A stretch of 64,000 nucleotides of DNA from Chlamydiia bacterium (GCA_963804085.1 CAWDOQ010000016.1:32001-96000), one strand, 5' to 3'. Counted from the stretch's first letter, positions 1-10,292 are shown. Made by a program: numbers and translations. The notes: generated by a model not told the origin, from the letters alone.

Positions 1-132
1 GGCCGCGCCTGCACTTGCCCTCTCCATCACAAGTCAAACCAACAACCCTCTTGCACCCGCCTTCCTTCTAATGACTTGTGCCATCATCTCTTTATGCGCT
101 CTTCTCTCCATCAAAGAAAAAAAGGTTGTACT

Positions 133-468
133 ATGAAAAAAATGTTAATTCTACTCCTCTTGCTTTCGGGTTGTGTCGAAGTTAAAAAAATGAACGAGAA
201 CATAAATGAGAGCAGTGTCGCCATTCAGACGAATAAGGCCGCCATCGATGCGAATACTGCTTCGATCAATCAAAATGCGCAGGCGATTCAAACAAGCACA
301 GACGTGATCCAAAAAAGCTCTAAAGCTCTCCAACTACTCTCAGAGTTTTCGCCACTTCTGTTTTTCGTAGTAGTTGTCTTCGTGTTTGGCCCCTTCTTTC
401 TCCTGCTCCTCTTCATGCAGAGATTGGATAAAAAATTGGACCGCTTTTTGAGTAAAAGGAAGCGTTGA
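133..468 (+). CDS. Small lipoprotein with heptad coiled coil and C-terminal TM helix
   Basis: MKKMLILLLLLSGC lipobox; N/I heptad repeats; hydrophobic C-terminal stretch; stop overlaps the next gene. Confidence 0.7.
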   Translation: MKKMLILLLLLSGCVEVKKMNENINESSVAIQTNKAAIDANTASINQNAQAIQTSTDVIQKSSKALQLLSEFSPLLFFVVVVFVFGPFFLLLLFMQRLDKKLDRFLSKRKR

Positions 469-1691
469 CAGTGCAAAAAAAGTCCACTTTTTTCACTCTC
501 TACTTTCTCTTCTTTTTAGATCTTGCAGGAACCATGTTGATCTACGTTCTCTTTTCGCCGCTGATCATTGACCCGGAAGGGGGAATGCTTCCACACGCGG
601 TCCCGTTCTCTACTCGCGATCGCATCGTAGACATCTTATTTGCTTCTTATCCACTTGCTCTCTTCTTGGCTGCTCCCATTTTAGGCGAACTTTCAGACCG
701 CTGGGGAAGAAGACCTCTTCTCCTCTATTCTACGATAGGAACAACAGGCGCCTACATCCTATCCGCAATCGCTATCTTGGTAACATCCCTTCCACTTCTC
801 TTTCTCAGCCGCATTCTGGCAGGCTTAGCGGCAGGCAACATGACCGTTGCACAAGCCACTGTTGCCGATCTTACCACTGAAAAGACACGCCCTCGCTATA
901 TGGCTCTTTTTGCCGCAGTAGGTGGCGGTGGATGGGTGATCGCCCCCTACTTTAGCTCGCTGTTAACTACTCCCACACTGTTTCTTGCTTTACATGTCAC
1001 AGTCCCCTGTTTGATCGTGGCGTTCTTGTTTTTCTGCATATCTGCCTTCATTCTCTTTAAATTCCAAGAAACTCATCCGATTAACAAGAAAATCCCTCTT
1101 AACCTCTTTAAGATCCTTCACAAGCTTTTAACCATGCTTAAGGCCTATAAGGTTTCCACACCTCTTCTTCTCTCCATAGTCAGCGTGACGGGCTGGATGC
1201 TCTACTACGGATTTATGCCAACCTTTTTAGAAGTGCGTTTTCAGATAAAAGAAAAAGAGATGACCTACATTTTTTTCTACTTTTCTATCTGGTGGATGGT
1301 GGGCGGTCTTGTTGCCAACCGCTGGCTCCTCAAAAAGTTCTCGCCAACTAAAACCGCTGTACTACCTCTCTTTCTTGTACCACTCTTCATCTTCTCCTTT
1401 CTGATTTTTAAAGATCTCTCATGGATCTGGTTTGCAAGTGGTATGGCCAACTTCTTTCAAGCGATCACCATCTCCTGCTTCTTCGCGCTTTTTTCTACTC
1501 TGGCCACTAAAGAGATCCAGGGTAAGGCGTTCGGCTTGTGGAACGCAGGCTTTGCACTCACTAGCGCTCTCTCCCCCTTCATCGCAGACCTGGTCCACTA
1601 CTATCAAATCTTTCTTCCATTTACCCTTGCAGCTCTCGTCCTATTTGGATGCGCACTATTCTATTCGCGCTGGCAATCACTTAAAATATAA
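465..1691 (+). CDS. MFS transporter, TetA/DHA1-like efflux
   Basis: About 12 TM segments; GELSDRWGRRP MFS motif A. Confidence 0.85.
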   Translation: MTVQKKSTFFTLYFLFFLDLAGTMLIYVLFSPLIIDPEGGMLPHAVPFSTRDRIVDILFASYPLALFLAAPILGELSDRWGRRPLLLYSTIGTTGAYILSAIAILVTSLPLLFLSRILAGLAAGNMTVAQATVADLTTEKTRPRYMALFAAVGGGGWVIAPYFSSLLTTPTLFLALHVTVPCLIVAFLFFCISAFILFKFQETHPINKKIPLNLFKILHKLLTMLKAYKVSTPLLLSIVSVTGWMLYYGFMPTFLEVRFQIKEKEMTYIFFYFSIWWMVGGLVANRWLLKKFSPTKTAVLPLFLVPLFIFSFLIFKDLSWIWFASGMANFFQAITISCFFALFSTLATKEIQGKAFGLWNAGFALTSALSPFIADLVHYYQIFLPFTLAALVLFGCALFYSRWQSLKI

Positions 1692-1748
1692 TTTTATTAA
1701 GTAATTTATACAGTTTTGATTTAATCTTAAATTACTTAAAATGTTTGC

Positions 1749-3791
1749 ATGTCTGTTAATTTAACATTAGATGCAAACAGAAGAATTGACCCTCTTTTGC
1801 ACGACACCTCTCTTCTTTCCCCGGAAACGGTCGAGCGGACACTCGCGATCGCGCTCCCCCTCATCAACTTACATGCCACTACCGGTGCTATCGCCTCCGT
1901 CGGAATGGGCAGCTACCAAGCCTACTCGCTTGCGGTTGACATTCACGCACGCTACATGGAAGGCAATTGGACCGAGTGCGGCAAACAGTCGCTGCAGCTC
2001 ATTTTAGTCGTAAGCGCTACCGCTTTTGCGCTCCTCATGCCCCTTGTTCAATTCGCTATCTCTAACACCTATCAGACTGCTGTATGCGTCCATACCCTTG
2101 CAATCGATCTATGGCAAGGAAAGTGGCAGGAAAGCGCAAAAGACCTTACCCAGCTTCTTCATCAACTTGTCTATATCACCTCTGTCTTTATCGCCTCTCC
2201 CGGCTGGCTCGCCCTCTCGCTTCTTTCGCAAGCAATTTTTGAGGTAAAGCAAGCCTATCAGGAGTTTGCAGACAAGGGGCTCGAACACCTTCCTGAGATC
2301 TGTCTGCACCTCTTTCTTGCCGGCCTTCGCGTACGCGCAGCTATGCCCCAAATACAGACACTCCACCGCAACTACTTCGGCAAAGAGCTTTCAGAACAAG
2401 AGTGGCAAGAGATCTATAACATCTATACGCATCGGGGTAGAACAGAAGCGCTTTTTGATCTGGAAGAGGAGCTAATCAAACGAGGCATCTCCAGCCATAT
2501 CCAAAAGATAGATTTTAAACCCACTTACAACCTCAGTCGCTTCTACTTACACGATCTCTACTTTAACGAGTGCGACTTCACAGGTGTCGATTTTGAAAAG
2601 AGCCGATTTGAACGTGTCACTTGCGACTCCTGCCTCTTTGTGCATGCGACCTGGATCCATGCTGTTGTGCAAGACAGCTATTTCAATCAGTGCAATTTCC
2701 AGTTTGCCGCAATGGTCTCTTCCTACCTGAATAACGTCTCTTTTTCTTCCTGCAACCTCACAAAGGTCTGCTTTAACGACTCTTTCCTTCAACACCTCTC
2801 TATCGACCAGTGCCAGATGCTCGAGACAAGCTTTTTGGCTACTCACGTAGTAAAAGGAGTGATCTCGAGGTGCGATCTCACCGACTGCCTACTGCTCGAC
2901 CAAGAAAAAGTATTTAAGCTTAAAGATTGCACAGAGGTTAAACTTACTAGACCCGTTGTAGGCTTTACATGGAACTTTAAACAAAAAGGGGTCTTCAACC
3001 CCATCATGTATGAGGCTCTCTCTGACAATGGCGCGATTGGTCTGAGATTTGAATACTTGCCAGACGATATCGATATAAATCTTCTCGATCAAGAGGTGAC
3101 AGAAGCCATCGGCAATATTCAGCAAAACAAACCTGCCAGCATGCTGAGCATCCCCGATGAGATTTTAAAAAGAGCAAAAAGTGAATCCCAGATCGCTAAG
3201 ATCAAAGAGAAGACCGCCTATTACATGCAGTTCTGCGATGGCCTATCGCTTCCGGGCGGATCAGATATACACCCCGAATTTTATGGAAAAGAAAGAGAAG
3301 AACACACCCTTCCCGATTGGGACTACAGACGGAGCATGGTCGAATTTGCATTAATTGCGAACGCAAACGAGCAAAAAGTGGTCACCATGGGCACCTGCCG
3401 CGGCTCGCAGATGATCAACGTCTATTTCGGCGGCACGATGAAGCAGCACGTGCCCGATCAGTGGGGCTTCCGGAAAATAGATATCGTAGACTCTTCGCGA
3501 AAAGAGGAGATGCGCCGGCTAGTCGGAGATGAGTTTATCGCCTTCTCTGCGCACCATCAAGCAGCAGACAGGATGGGCAAAGATCTAGAGGTTGTCATGA
3601 GAGCAGACGATGTCGTCAAGTTCTTCATCAGCCAAGATGGCAACTTTATCGGCAGCCAGATCCACCCCGAGGTCTATCAGACCTTCGATCCCGAAACAGA
3701 TTACGAAATGTTCGATTTGGACATCAAAAAAATCCGCGAATCCAACAAGAACATCTACAAAATGTTCATCGATAGAGTAAGAGGTAATTAG
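1749..3791 (+). CDS. Membrane N-terminus + pentapeptide repeats + peptidase C26/class I glutamine amidotransferase-like fusion
   Basis: Pentapeptide-like F/L-x4 repeats mid-protein; LPGGSDIHP, GTCRGSQ, HHQA and QIHPE (Cys-His-Glu triad) motifs. Confidence 0.75.
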   Translation: MSVNLTLDANRRIDPLLHDTSLLSPETVERTLAIALPLINLHATTGAIASVGMGSYQAYSLAVDIHARYMEGNWTECGKQSLQLILVVSATAFALLMPLVQFAISNTYQTAVCVHTLAIDLWQGKWQESAKDLTQLLHQLVYITSVFIASPGWLALSLLSQAIFEVKQAYQEFADKGLEHLPEICLHLFLAGLRVRAAMPQIQTLHRNYFGKELSEQEWQEIYNIYTHRGRTEALFDLEEELIKRGISSHIQKIDFKPTYNLSRFYLHDLYFNECDFTGVDFEKSRFERVTCDSCLFVHATWIHAVVQDSYFNQCNFQFAAMVSSYLNNVSFSSCNLTKVCFNDSFLQHLSIDQCQMLETSFLATHVVKGVISRCDLTDCLLLDQEKVFKLKDCTEVKLTRPVVGFTWNFKQKGVFNPIMYEALSDNGAIGLRFEYLPDDIDINLLDQEVTEAIGNIQQNKPASMLSIPDEILKRAKSESQIAKIKEKTAYYMQFCDGLSLPGGSDIHPEFYGKEREEHTLPDWDYRRSMVEFALIANANEQKVVTMGTCRGSQMINVYFGGTMKQHVPDQWGFRKIDIVDSSRKEEMRRLVGDEFIAFSAHHQAADRMGKDLEVVMRADDVVKFFISQDGNFIGSQIHPEVYQTFDPETDYEMFDLDIKKIRESNKNIYKMFIDRVRGN

Positions 3792-3870
3792 CTCCTTTCC
3801 CTTGCCCTTGCCCTTGCCCGATCCGGATTAACGAAGAGATCGGGCAAGGGCAAGGGCATGGAGGGCGAGC
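3791..3870. repeat. REP-like palindrome, family copy 1
   Basis: (cttgcc)n arms around cccgatccggattaa...atcggg; lies between convergent genes. Confidence 0.8.
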
Positions 3871-3871
3871 C

Positions 3872-4234
3872 CTATTTGTAGAATTTCTCTTTGTGGAACT
3901 TGCGCCAAGGGCGCGGAGGAAGATGGCAGTTGCTGGGCAACACCGCCAATATCAGAAAGAGAAGACCGAGGGCGAGGTAGTTCTCGAGCGGCGGCGTCGC
4001 CTCCATCGGAAAGTTGCAATAGCTCAGCACCATCAGCCAGAGGGCTACTAGAAGCGTAAAGAGATGCATCTTGTTTAATTTATCTGCAAATGAAAGCAGT
4101 GCAAAAAGCGCGATAAGTGTTGCGCAAACCAGATCATTCTTCCAGAGAAAGCTCTCTTCCGGAGAATAGTGAAAAATAAAGCGGCTAATCGCAAGCCAGC
4201 ACGCCAACATAAATTCGACTACACGCGCAAACAT
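3872..4234 (-). CDS. SPW-repeat-like small membrane protein
   Basis: WLAISRFIF motif; 4 TM segments; adjacent to VKOR genes. Confidence 0.65.
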   Translation of the reverse strand: MFARVVEFMLACWLAISRFIFHYSPEESFLWKNDLVCATLIALFALLSFADKLNKMHLFTLLVALWLMVLSYCNFPMEATPPLENYLALGLLFLILAVLPSNCHLPPRPWRKFHKEKFYK

Positions 4235-4237
4235 ACG

Positions 4238-4855
4238 CTACCTTTGTTTCATCCCTTTTTTTATAGCCCGCTCTCTTGCGATCTCTTGAGCTGCAACATA
4301 CGCAATCTCAGAGGCTCTTCCCCAAAATGTGTCCCATACAAGTTTGCGATCACGACTCTTCGTCCAGACCCTATGCAAGTAGAGAACGCAACACCGAACC
4401 TCATCATAGGCAAGGACGATCAGAATCAGAGAGATAAACGCTGTGATCCAGCAGGGAAAGCACCAGGCTCCTACCACCGTTCCTTGCATGAAGACTAAAA
4501 TAACACTGACTACGCCCACCGGGATCACATCGATGCCAAAGAGGATGACGAGCCAAGGACGGTCCTGCCACCTGTATGTAGAACCTGCAAGCGAAAAGAT
4601 CACATCGCCTAAGTAGGCCACCGCCCCAAAAATCGCATCGGGGATGCGCATCCATTTGCGCATCTCGTGCGAAAGATCAGAATGTAATACATTATGCGTC
4701 TGGTTGCCAAAGACGGGGTCCCACACATGGTCGATCAGATGCCACTGGTAAAGGCCCATATAAGTGGCGATCAAGACAGCTACCCAAGCAATAAGAGCGA
4801 TGTAGATCCGCTGCTTCCATGTCGAAGGATTGTAGAGAGGAGCGTTTTGTTCCAT
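4238..4855 (-). CDS. Vitamin K epoxide reductase (VKOR) family protein
   Basis: YNPS-W, VWDPVFG, IPDA and WCFPC (CxxC) motifs. Confidence 0.8.
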   Translation of the reverse strand: MEQNAPLYNPSTWKQRIYIALIAWVAVLIATYMGLYQWHLIDHVWDPVFGNQTHNVLHSDLSHEMRKWMRIPDAIFGAVAYLGDVIFSLAGSTYRWQDRPWLVILFGIDVIPVGVVSVILVFMQGTVVGAWCFPCWITAFISLILIVLAYDEVRCCVLYLHRVWTKSRDRKLVWDTFWGRASEIAYVAAQEIARERAIKKGMKQR

Positions 4856-4898
4856 ACCCTCCTCATAACCGATCTTCTAATTTAGGCATAGAAGAGCT

Positions 4899-6281
4899 CT
4901 ATTTTATACATCTATCCCAGGAAGCATATCGTTCTATGATGACCCCTTTTGGTATCGAGGCAATAATCAATACAACAGCACTGACGATACCGCTAATCAA
5001 TATTGCCGTAGATCCCGATGAAAAGACAAGAGTCAGTATAAGCACTACCACCCCAGCAATTACATTAACAAAACGTGCTGTTCGAGTTACTTCAGCAGTA
5101 GCTATCGCAGCTACAGTAACTATAATTGCTCCCATCCAGTGATCGCAATTAGCGCTCTCGATATTGAAAGGCAAGATATTCGGCCGCGCCATTAGCCAAA
5201 CGCCAACAATAGCCTGCAAAATTATGAGCCAAGGCAACGAAATTCCCTGATAGCTTGCTGCCCAACGTTGTCTAATAGACCAACGTTTACGATCCGGATC
5301 TTTACCTTCATAACCAAGTGCATTGCCGCCCAACCAAAAAAATGACCAGAAGCTTTTCTTTTGTTTATAGGCCAGCACCAAAAACTGTCCTACCGCTATA
5401 GACTCATGCACTGCTAATGGTACAGAAATTAGTAATGCAGCAGCATTGATTAAACAAAAGCCGCACCAGGCACCCACGACAACCGGCTGCATAATAACTA
5501 ATAATATACTTGTTGCACCTAAAGGTATAACAAGCAAAACAAACGAAACTACAATGAAAGGGGCAGTACGCCAGCGCGCACGACTACCCATAAAACCTAT
5601 CAGCACCTCCAACACATAAGCAACTGCACCGAAACCAGCATCGGATATGGGAAAAGACTTCGATAATGCAGAGCCTGTTACTAGATCAGAGCCGTTGCCA
5701 AAAAATGGATCCCATACATGAGGTATATAACCTAGCTGATGAGCTGCTAAATAGCGTGAGAGGAAGAAGCCAATCAGTGCTAGAGCAATGCCAAGCCAAC
5801 GCCTAATCCATGAGGAAGGATTATAGGACCAGTCAGGAGGTTTGTCAGGTCCTGATAATTGAATACCGGCCCGCCCCGGCAGTCCGGGGATGAGTACAGC
5901 AAATGCAATGAATAAGCAAGCCACTAACGTATCAACCAAATACGTAATAGGGGTTGGCGACCAAAATATAAGCGGTGCAAGCAATAACCAAAACGCTACA
6001 ACAGCTGTACCCCACCTGAGCAAAGCGAATCTAGGAACAAATGCAATTATTTCTACAAGAATAACAATGACACCGGATATGATGTCACTCTTCATTAAAG
6101 CCGCGCTCTTATAGTCTAAAAGAAAAGGCTGGCTGATAAGCCATATCGCCAATATGCCATTAACCACATAGGTCCAAAGCGTTTTGTAGTTATAAAGCCT
6201 TATTTCTTCTAAAAACTGCTGTGCGTCTTTGCCTAGCGCTTCTCTAAAACTTCGGATTTCAAAAGGAGTGTTTTGTTCCAT
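4899..6281 (-). CDS. SPW-repeat + VKOR domain membrane protein
   Basis: SPW-like helices flank YNPSSW, VWDPFFG, ISDAG and WCGFC motifs. Confidence 0.8.
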   Translation of the reverse strand: MEQNTPFEIRSFREALGKDAQQFLEEIRLYNYKTLWTYVVNGILAIWLISQPFLLDYKSAALMKSDIISGVIVILVEIIAFVPRFALLRWGTAVVAFWLLLAPLIFWSPTPITYLVDTLVACLFIAFAVLIPGLPGRAGIQLSGPDKPPDWSYNPSSWIRRWLGIALALIGFFLSRYLAAHQLGYIPHVWDPFFGNGSDLVTGSALSKSFPISDAGFGAVAYVLEVLIGFMGSRARWRTAPFIVVSFVLLVIPLGATSILLVIMQPVVVGAWCGFCLINAAALLISVPLAVHESIAVGQFLVLAYKQKKSFWSFFWLGGNALGYEGKDPDRKRWSIRQRWAASYQGISLPWLIILQAIVGVWLMARPNILPFNIESANCDHWMGAIIVTVAAIATAEVTRTARFVNVIAGVVVLILTLVFSSGSTAILISGIVSAVVLIIASIPKGVIIERYASWDRCIK

Positions 6282-6307
6282 ACCCCCCTCATAACCAATC
6301 GCCTAAT

Positions 6308-7426
6308 TTAGGTATAGATTCTTGGGATGCGTTCGTTGAAGAGGCAGAGAATTTCGTAGGGGATCGTGTCGCAAAGGCGCGCCACCTCCATAAGCGAGAT
6401 CTCCTCATTGCCCTGTTTGCCAATTAGGACAACCTCATCGCCGACAAAGACCTCCTGATCGCCCACATCGACCATAAACTGGTCCATGCAGATCGACCCT
6501 ACGATCGGGAAGCGTTTGCCACGGATCAGCACGGAGCCCTTATTGGAAAGAGAGCGTCTATACCCATCTCCATAACCGATTGGAATGGTGACTATGCGTG
6601 TCTTTGCTTTTGTGTAGTAGGTGTGCCCATAGCTCACCCCTTCTCCCTTTTCTAGCACTTTAAAGTAGGAGACCTTTGCTTTGAGAGAGAAGCAGGGAGC
6701 GATCCCCTGCATAGACTCCGGAAGCGTATCAGGCGGATAGCCAAAGACGATGATCGCAGGTCTTACCATATCCATCTGCGAATCGGAAAAGTAGGCCACG
6801 CCACCCGAACCTGCCAGATGGCGGATGAGTGAAGCGCCTCCAAAAATTTCTGAGCGCAAAAGAGAGGAGAAGGTCTCGATCTGCTTACGAGCAAAGGGAT
6901 CATTCGGACGGTCTGCCGTTGCCAGATGCGAGTAGATGCCCACAATCTCAAAGTGGCCGAGCGCCTTTAGATGCTCAAAAAGCGTAATGGCTGTTGCACA
7001 GCGCACGCCCGTTCTTTGCATGCCCGTATCCACCTCTAGATGGACGCGGCACCTCTGCCCTATCTTTTTACACTTCTCCGCGACAAGATCGGCTTTAAAC
7101 TTGGAGCTAATTGTAAATTCTAGATTGAAGTGGATGAGATCCAAGATCTGATCCTCGTGGATCGCACCCAACACCAGAATCGGAATCCGCACACCAGCTT
7201 CTCGCAGCGCAATCCCCTCCTGAAGGTGAGCCACCCCCAAATAGTCGACGCCCGCCTCTTCAGCCGCCTTCCCCATCGCACAAAGACCATGGCCGTAAGC
7301 GTTTGCCTTCACAGGCAGACAGAAGAGCGTATTGCCGATAGCGCGCCTTACAATCGCAATGTTCTTACGAAACTGCTCTAGATCTACATGGATCCAAGAG
7401 GGGTGGGCATATTTTTGCGGGTGCAT
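6308..7426 (-). CDS. alr: Alanine racemase
   Basis: VKANAYGHG PLP-lysine motif; DTGMQRTG; GYGDG; ICMDQ; TIPYE. Confidence 0.95.
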   Translation of the reverse strand: MHPQKYAHPSWIHVDLEQFRKNIAIVRRAIGNTLFCLPVKANAYGHGLCAMGKAAEEAGVDYLGVAHLQEGIALREAGVRIPILVLGAIHEDQILDLIHFNLEFTISSKFKADLVAEKCKKIGQRCRVHLEVDTGMQRTGVRCATAITLFEHLKALGHFEIVGIYSHLATADRPNDPFARKQIETFSSLLRSEIFGGASLIRHLAGSGGVAYFSDSQMDMVRPAIIVFGYPPDTLPESMQGIAPCFSLKAKVSYFKVLEKGEGVSYGHTYYTKAKTRIVTIPIGYGDGYRRSLSNKGSVLIRGKRFPIVGSICMDQFMVDVGDQEVFVGDEVVLIGKQGNEEISLMEVARLCDTIPYEILCLFNERIPRIYT

Positions 7427-7519
7427 ATAGGTAAATCTAACATTCGCATAAGATTAAACGCAAAGAAGAGGGCCCAGTGGACACTGGTCTTTAGTGGACG
7501 TTGTGGACTTTAATAAATT

Positions 7520-8596
7520 TTACCCGGGATAGGCACAGCAAAACAAACAACAGACAAGTTTATAAATCTCTACAAAAATGCCCCAAATCCTATCGAAAAG
7601 AGAGGGAAAGAGCGCATAGGCGTCTTTGCCGAGTATCCCGTTCGGATGGTCGTTAGTGTGGATCATGCAATTGGGATGCTGCGAGGCAAGGGCATAGAGC
7701 GCTGGGTCTTCGCGTTCGTTTAAACCAAGATACTGGTTAGTAAAATCAGAGTTGCTAGGTCTTTTTCCATACTTGACAACTTGAAGATCTGGGCATTTAT
7801 TAGCAATCTCTGCTATTCCCTCCAAAACTTCTGAAGAAGGAAGACCTCGTGGTTGCGTAACATCTAACGTTTTAAGATGGGGGCAGCCTGTAGCAATCTC
7901 TTTTAGACCCACAAGAGTTCCAGAAGTAAAAGTGATATGTAAATGTTCTAAAAACCGGCACTTAGCAAGAGGGATCACACTAGAACTCCATGGAGTAACA
8001 CCTGCTTGCAAAGAGCGCAGCCGCGTGCAAGAATTGGATAGTGTCTCTAATTCTTCTGCGGTTAGAAGATGACTCTCTCGATTCACACTTTCTAAGTTGA
8101 CATGCCCTTGAAAGAACTCTGTCAAAGACCTGATTCGAAGAGCGTCAAAACGGACCTTTCTTAATGCAGGCCAGCTGCTTAATAAAAATTCATTGGTCAC
8201 GTGTCTGTTGACAGCATCATTCCCGCAAAGAGCAACAGATTCCAATGTCTTAGCATGTGCAGATAAAAGCGCGACGATGGGCGCTTCTTTGTGTAGCTCT
8301 TCTCCTTTACGATATACAGGCGACTCATTGCCTATGACACGGATCTCTCTCAGCTTTAACGTAGTCGCGGCAGTCATAGAGCCAAAAGCAAGTAGAGTCA
8401 CATGATCGTGCTTAAAAACTAAGCTACAGATTTTGCTGTAGTTTTCTGGATCGGGCTTTATCTCAGTCCCAAAGGTCACTCTTTGCGTAGAGCCGCGCAA
8501 ACCCCTATTTACCTCATTCATCCGGACATGCTCCTCAAGAGGCAGGAAGCTGCGCATCTGATTTATAAGTGGCGGTGGTAAAGCTAGTAATGACAT
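7520..8596 (-). CDS. F-box-like/LRR-like protein, candidate effector
   Basis: N-terminal LLALPPPLINQMRSFL...VNR; CPHLKTLDV and CPDLQVV LRR-like units. Confidence 0.6.
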   Translation of the reverse strand: MSLLALPPPLINQMRSFLPLEEHVRMNEVNRGLRGSTQRVTFGTEIKPDPENYSKICSLVFKHDHVTLLAFGSMTAATTLKLREIRVIGNESPVYRKGEELHKEAPIVALLSAHAKTLESVALCGNDAVNRHVTNEFLLSSWPALRKVRFDALRIRSLTEFFQGHVNLESVNRESHLLTAEELETLSNSCTRLRSLQAGVTPWSSSVIPLAKCRFLEHLHITFTSGTLVGLKEIATGCPHLKTLDVTQPRGLPSSEVLEGIAEIANKCPDLQVVKYGKRPSNSDFTNQYLGLNEREDPALYALASQHPNCMIHTNDHPNGILGKDAYALFPSLFDRIWGIFVEIYKLVCCLFCCAYPG

Positions 8597-8729
8597 GCGG
8601 CAATTTTAACAAATTCTCAGATTAATTCACAGTAAACATATGTTAAGTAAATATTTTAGTATTATTTTCTTTTAATTACATTTGTTATATAATCTTAGCA
8701 ATTAACAAACAAATGGAGTTAAAATAATT

Positions 8730-9359
8730 ATGTCTTTTGATTTTACACAAATAAAGCCTCACAAAGTAGATGTAGTAACGACAGATTTTAGAGATGCTCA
8801 GTTAGAAACATGCGATACTTGGACAGAAAATACATGCTGCGACTTCATGGAAACATATGGAGAGCTTTTGCAAGGCCGCTGGAGTGTAAAGCTCGTAAGC
8901 AAATTCTCCAGAGTCGATCTGGACGATGTGATGTTTAAAACAGGGATTTTTGGCTGTAACCAATCCTTCCTTCAAATACCGGCATGTTCTGCAGCCAACC
9001 TAGACTCCCCTTGTCCCTTCCCCCTTACACGAGTGGTGGTTCCTGGCAATAAGTTGCATGAAGAGGTGCGAATTGAAGGAGCAAACGGTACCTTTTTTAA
9101 AATTAGTAAAATGTGGAATATGACCATTATCACAAGGTTCTCAGCGCAAACGAGCCCTTCCTGTGAACTTTTAAAATCCCCTCAAATGTTTAGAGAAGTC
9201 CACGAAACGATTCAAAACCATCGCAGAAAGGCGGCTCTTACGCAAAAGAGTCTCTCTTCTCTACGCCTACCTGCTGGTGTCGCGCGTATCGTTGTGGCCT
9301 ACTCAGGCTATCCAGCGCCCAAGGAAGCTGCTGCAAACAATCTAAAAAGCAAACTATAA
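8730..9359 (+). CDS. Hypothetical protein (distant paralog of next gene)
   Basis: SD ggag upstream; shares MxKxGIFG...FxQIP with 9372..10292. Confidence 0.6.
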   Translation: MSFDFTQIKPHKVDVVTTDFRDAQLETCDTWTENTCCDFMETYGELLQGRWSVKLVSKFSRVDLDDVMFKTGIFGCNQSFLQIPACSAANLDSPCPFPLTRVVVPGNKLHEEVRIEGANGTFFKISKMWNMTIITRFSAQTSPSCELLKSPQMFREVHETIQNHRRKAALTQKSLSSLRLPAGVARIVVAYSGYPAPKEAAANNLKSKL

Positions 9360-9371
9360 TCGAGGCGTCTT

Positions 9372-10292
9372 ATGGCATTAACACTAGATACTGTTAAAAA
9401 CTTCGCCGAGTGGGACCGGTCCCACTGGCGCACCTTCTTTCAGACGCACGGGGATACTTTAGCGCACAGAGAGATCCCTCATGAAGTCGGAGAGTGTGTG
9501 ATGAGTAAAGAGTTCCAAGAGACGATGGTCAAGGTGGGAATCTTTGGTAGCAAGCTCCTCTTCGAGCAGATTCCTAGCGTTTGGAATGTCGAACTTAACA
9601 ATAAAATACCTCCTCTCGCCACTTATGGCGAGCCACGCCATTTTACAAGTGTCACTCTCCTAGCGACACGCCTGATGTTGGACAGGACAGATTTTGATGA
9701 GGCGCTCCTCATAAAACAAGAAGCTGCCGAACCCTTCATGCTCGTGCGTATGGGAAACACCTGGTATGTCAATTTAAATGCAACTATAGATGGGGATCTC
9801 AGCGGAGGATTTAGCTACAGCAGGAACGAGACACGCCTTGTAGGATCATGGGAAGAGTTCGAAAGCATAGCTAAAATCTACGCAGATGAAAGCATGAGAA
9901 AAACACGCGTAGTGGAGCATCTGACCCGATACCACTCTTTTTCGTCTTCTCTTGCTAACTTGGTAGCCTCTTATTCCGAGCAGGTTTCAGATAAGCATGC
10001 CCAAGATAAGCGCGATCTTAGAAAAGTTCTCTATGTTGAATTCAATAAACGCCCCTCTTGTCATGGAGATTGGATAAATGACACTCAAAACGCCGCAAAG
10101 ATGGCTTCAGGCATCATCGCAGGATATTTAGACGAGCCTGAAAATTACCGCAAAGAGCCAGAACCCACTCAAAAATCAGTACTAGAAACCCTGCCTCCAC
10201 TTGAGGAACCCAAAAAAACCGAAAGCTGCTGGGACTCTTTCTGCGCCTACATTAATTCCTGGGCCAACTGGTTCTTCTCTTTGTTTACTTAA
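9372..10292 (+). CDS. Hypothetical protein
   Basis: 306-aa ORF with SD gagg; amphipathic aromatic C-terminus. Confidence 0.6.
   Translation: MALTLDTVKNFAEWDRSHWRTFFQTHGDTLAHREIPHEVGECVMSKEFQETMVKVGIFGSKLLFEQIPSVWNVELNNKIPPLATYGEPRHFTSVTLLATRLMLDRTDFDEALLIKQEAAEPFMLVRMGNTWYVNLNATIDGDLSGGFSYSRNETRLVGSWEEFESIAKIYADESMRKTRVVEHLTRYHSFSSSLANLVASYSEQVSDKHAQDKRDLRKVLYVEFNKRPSCHGDWINDTQNAAKMASGIIAGYLDEPENYRKEPEPTQKSVLETLPPLEEPKKTESCWDSFCAYINSWANWFFSLFT

Noticed and set aside
7473..7510. Three gtggac repeats between alr and the F-box gene (similar acggac repeats at 63443-63482)
   Set aside because: Too short to assign a function
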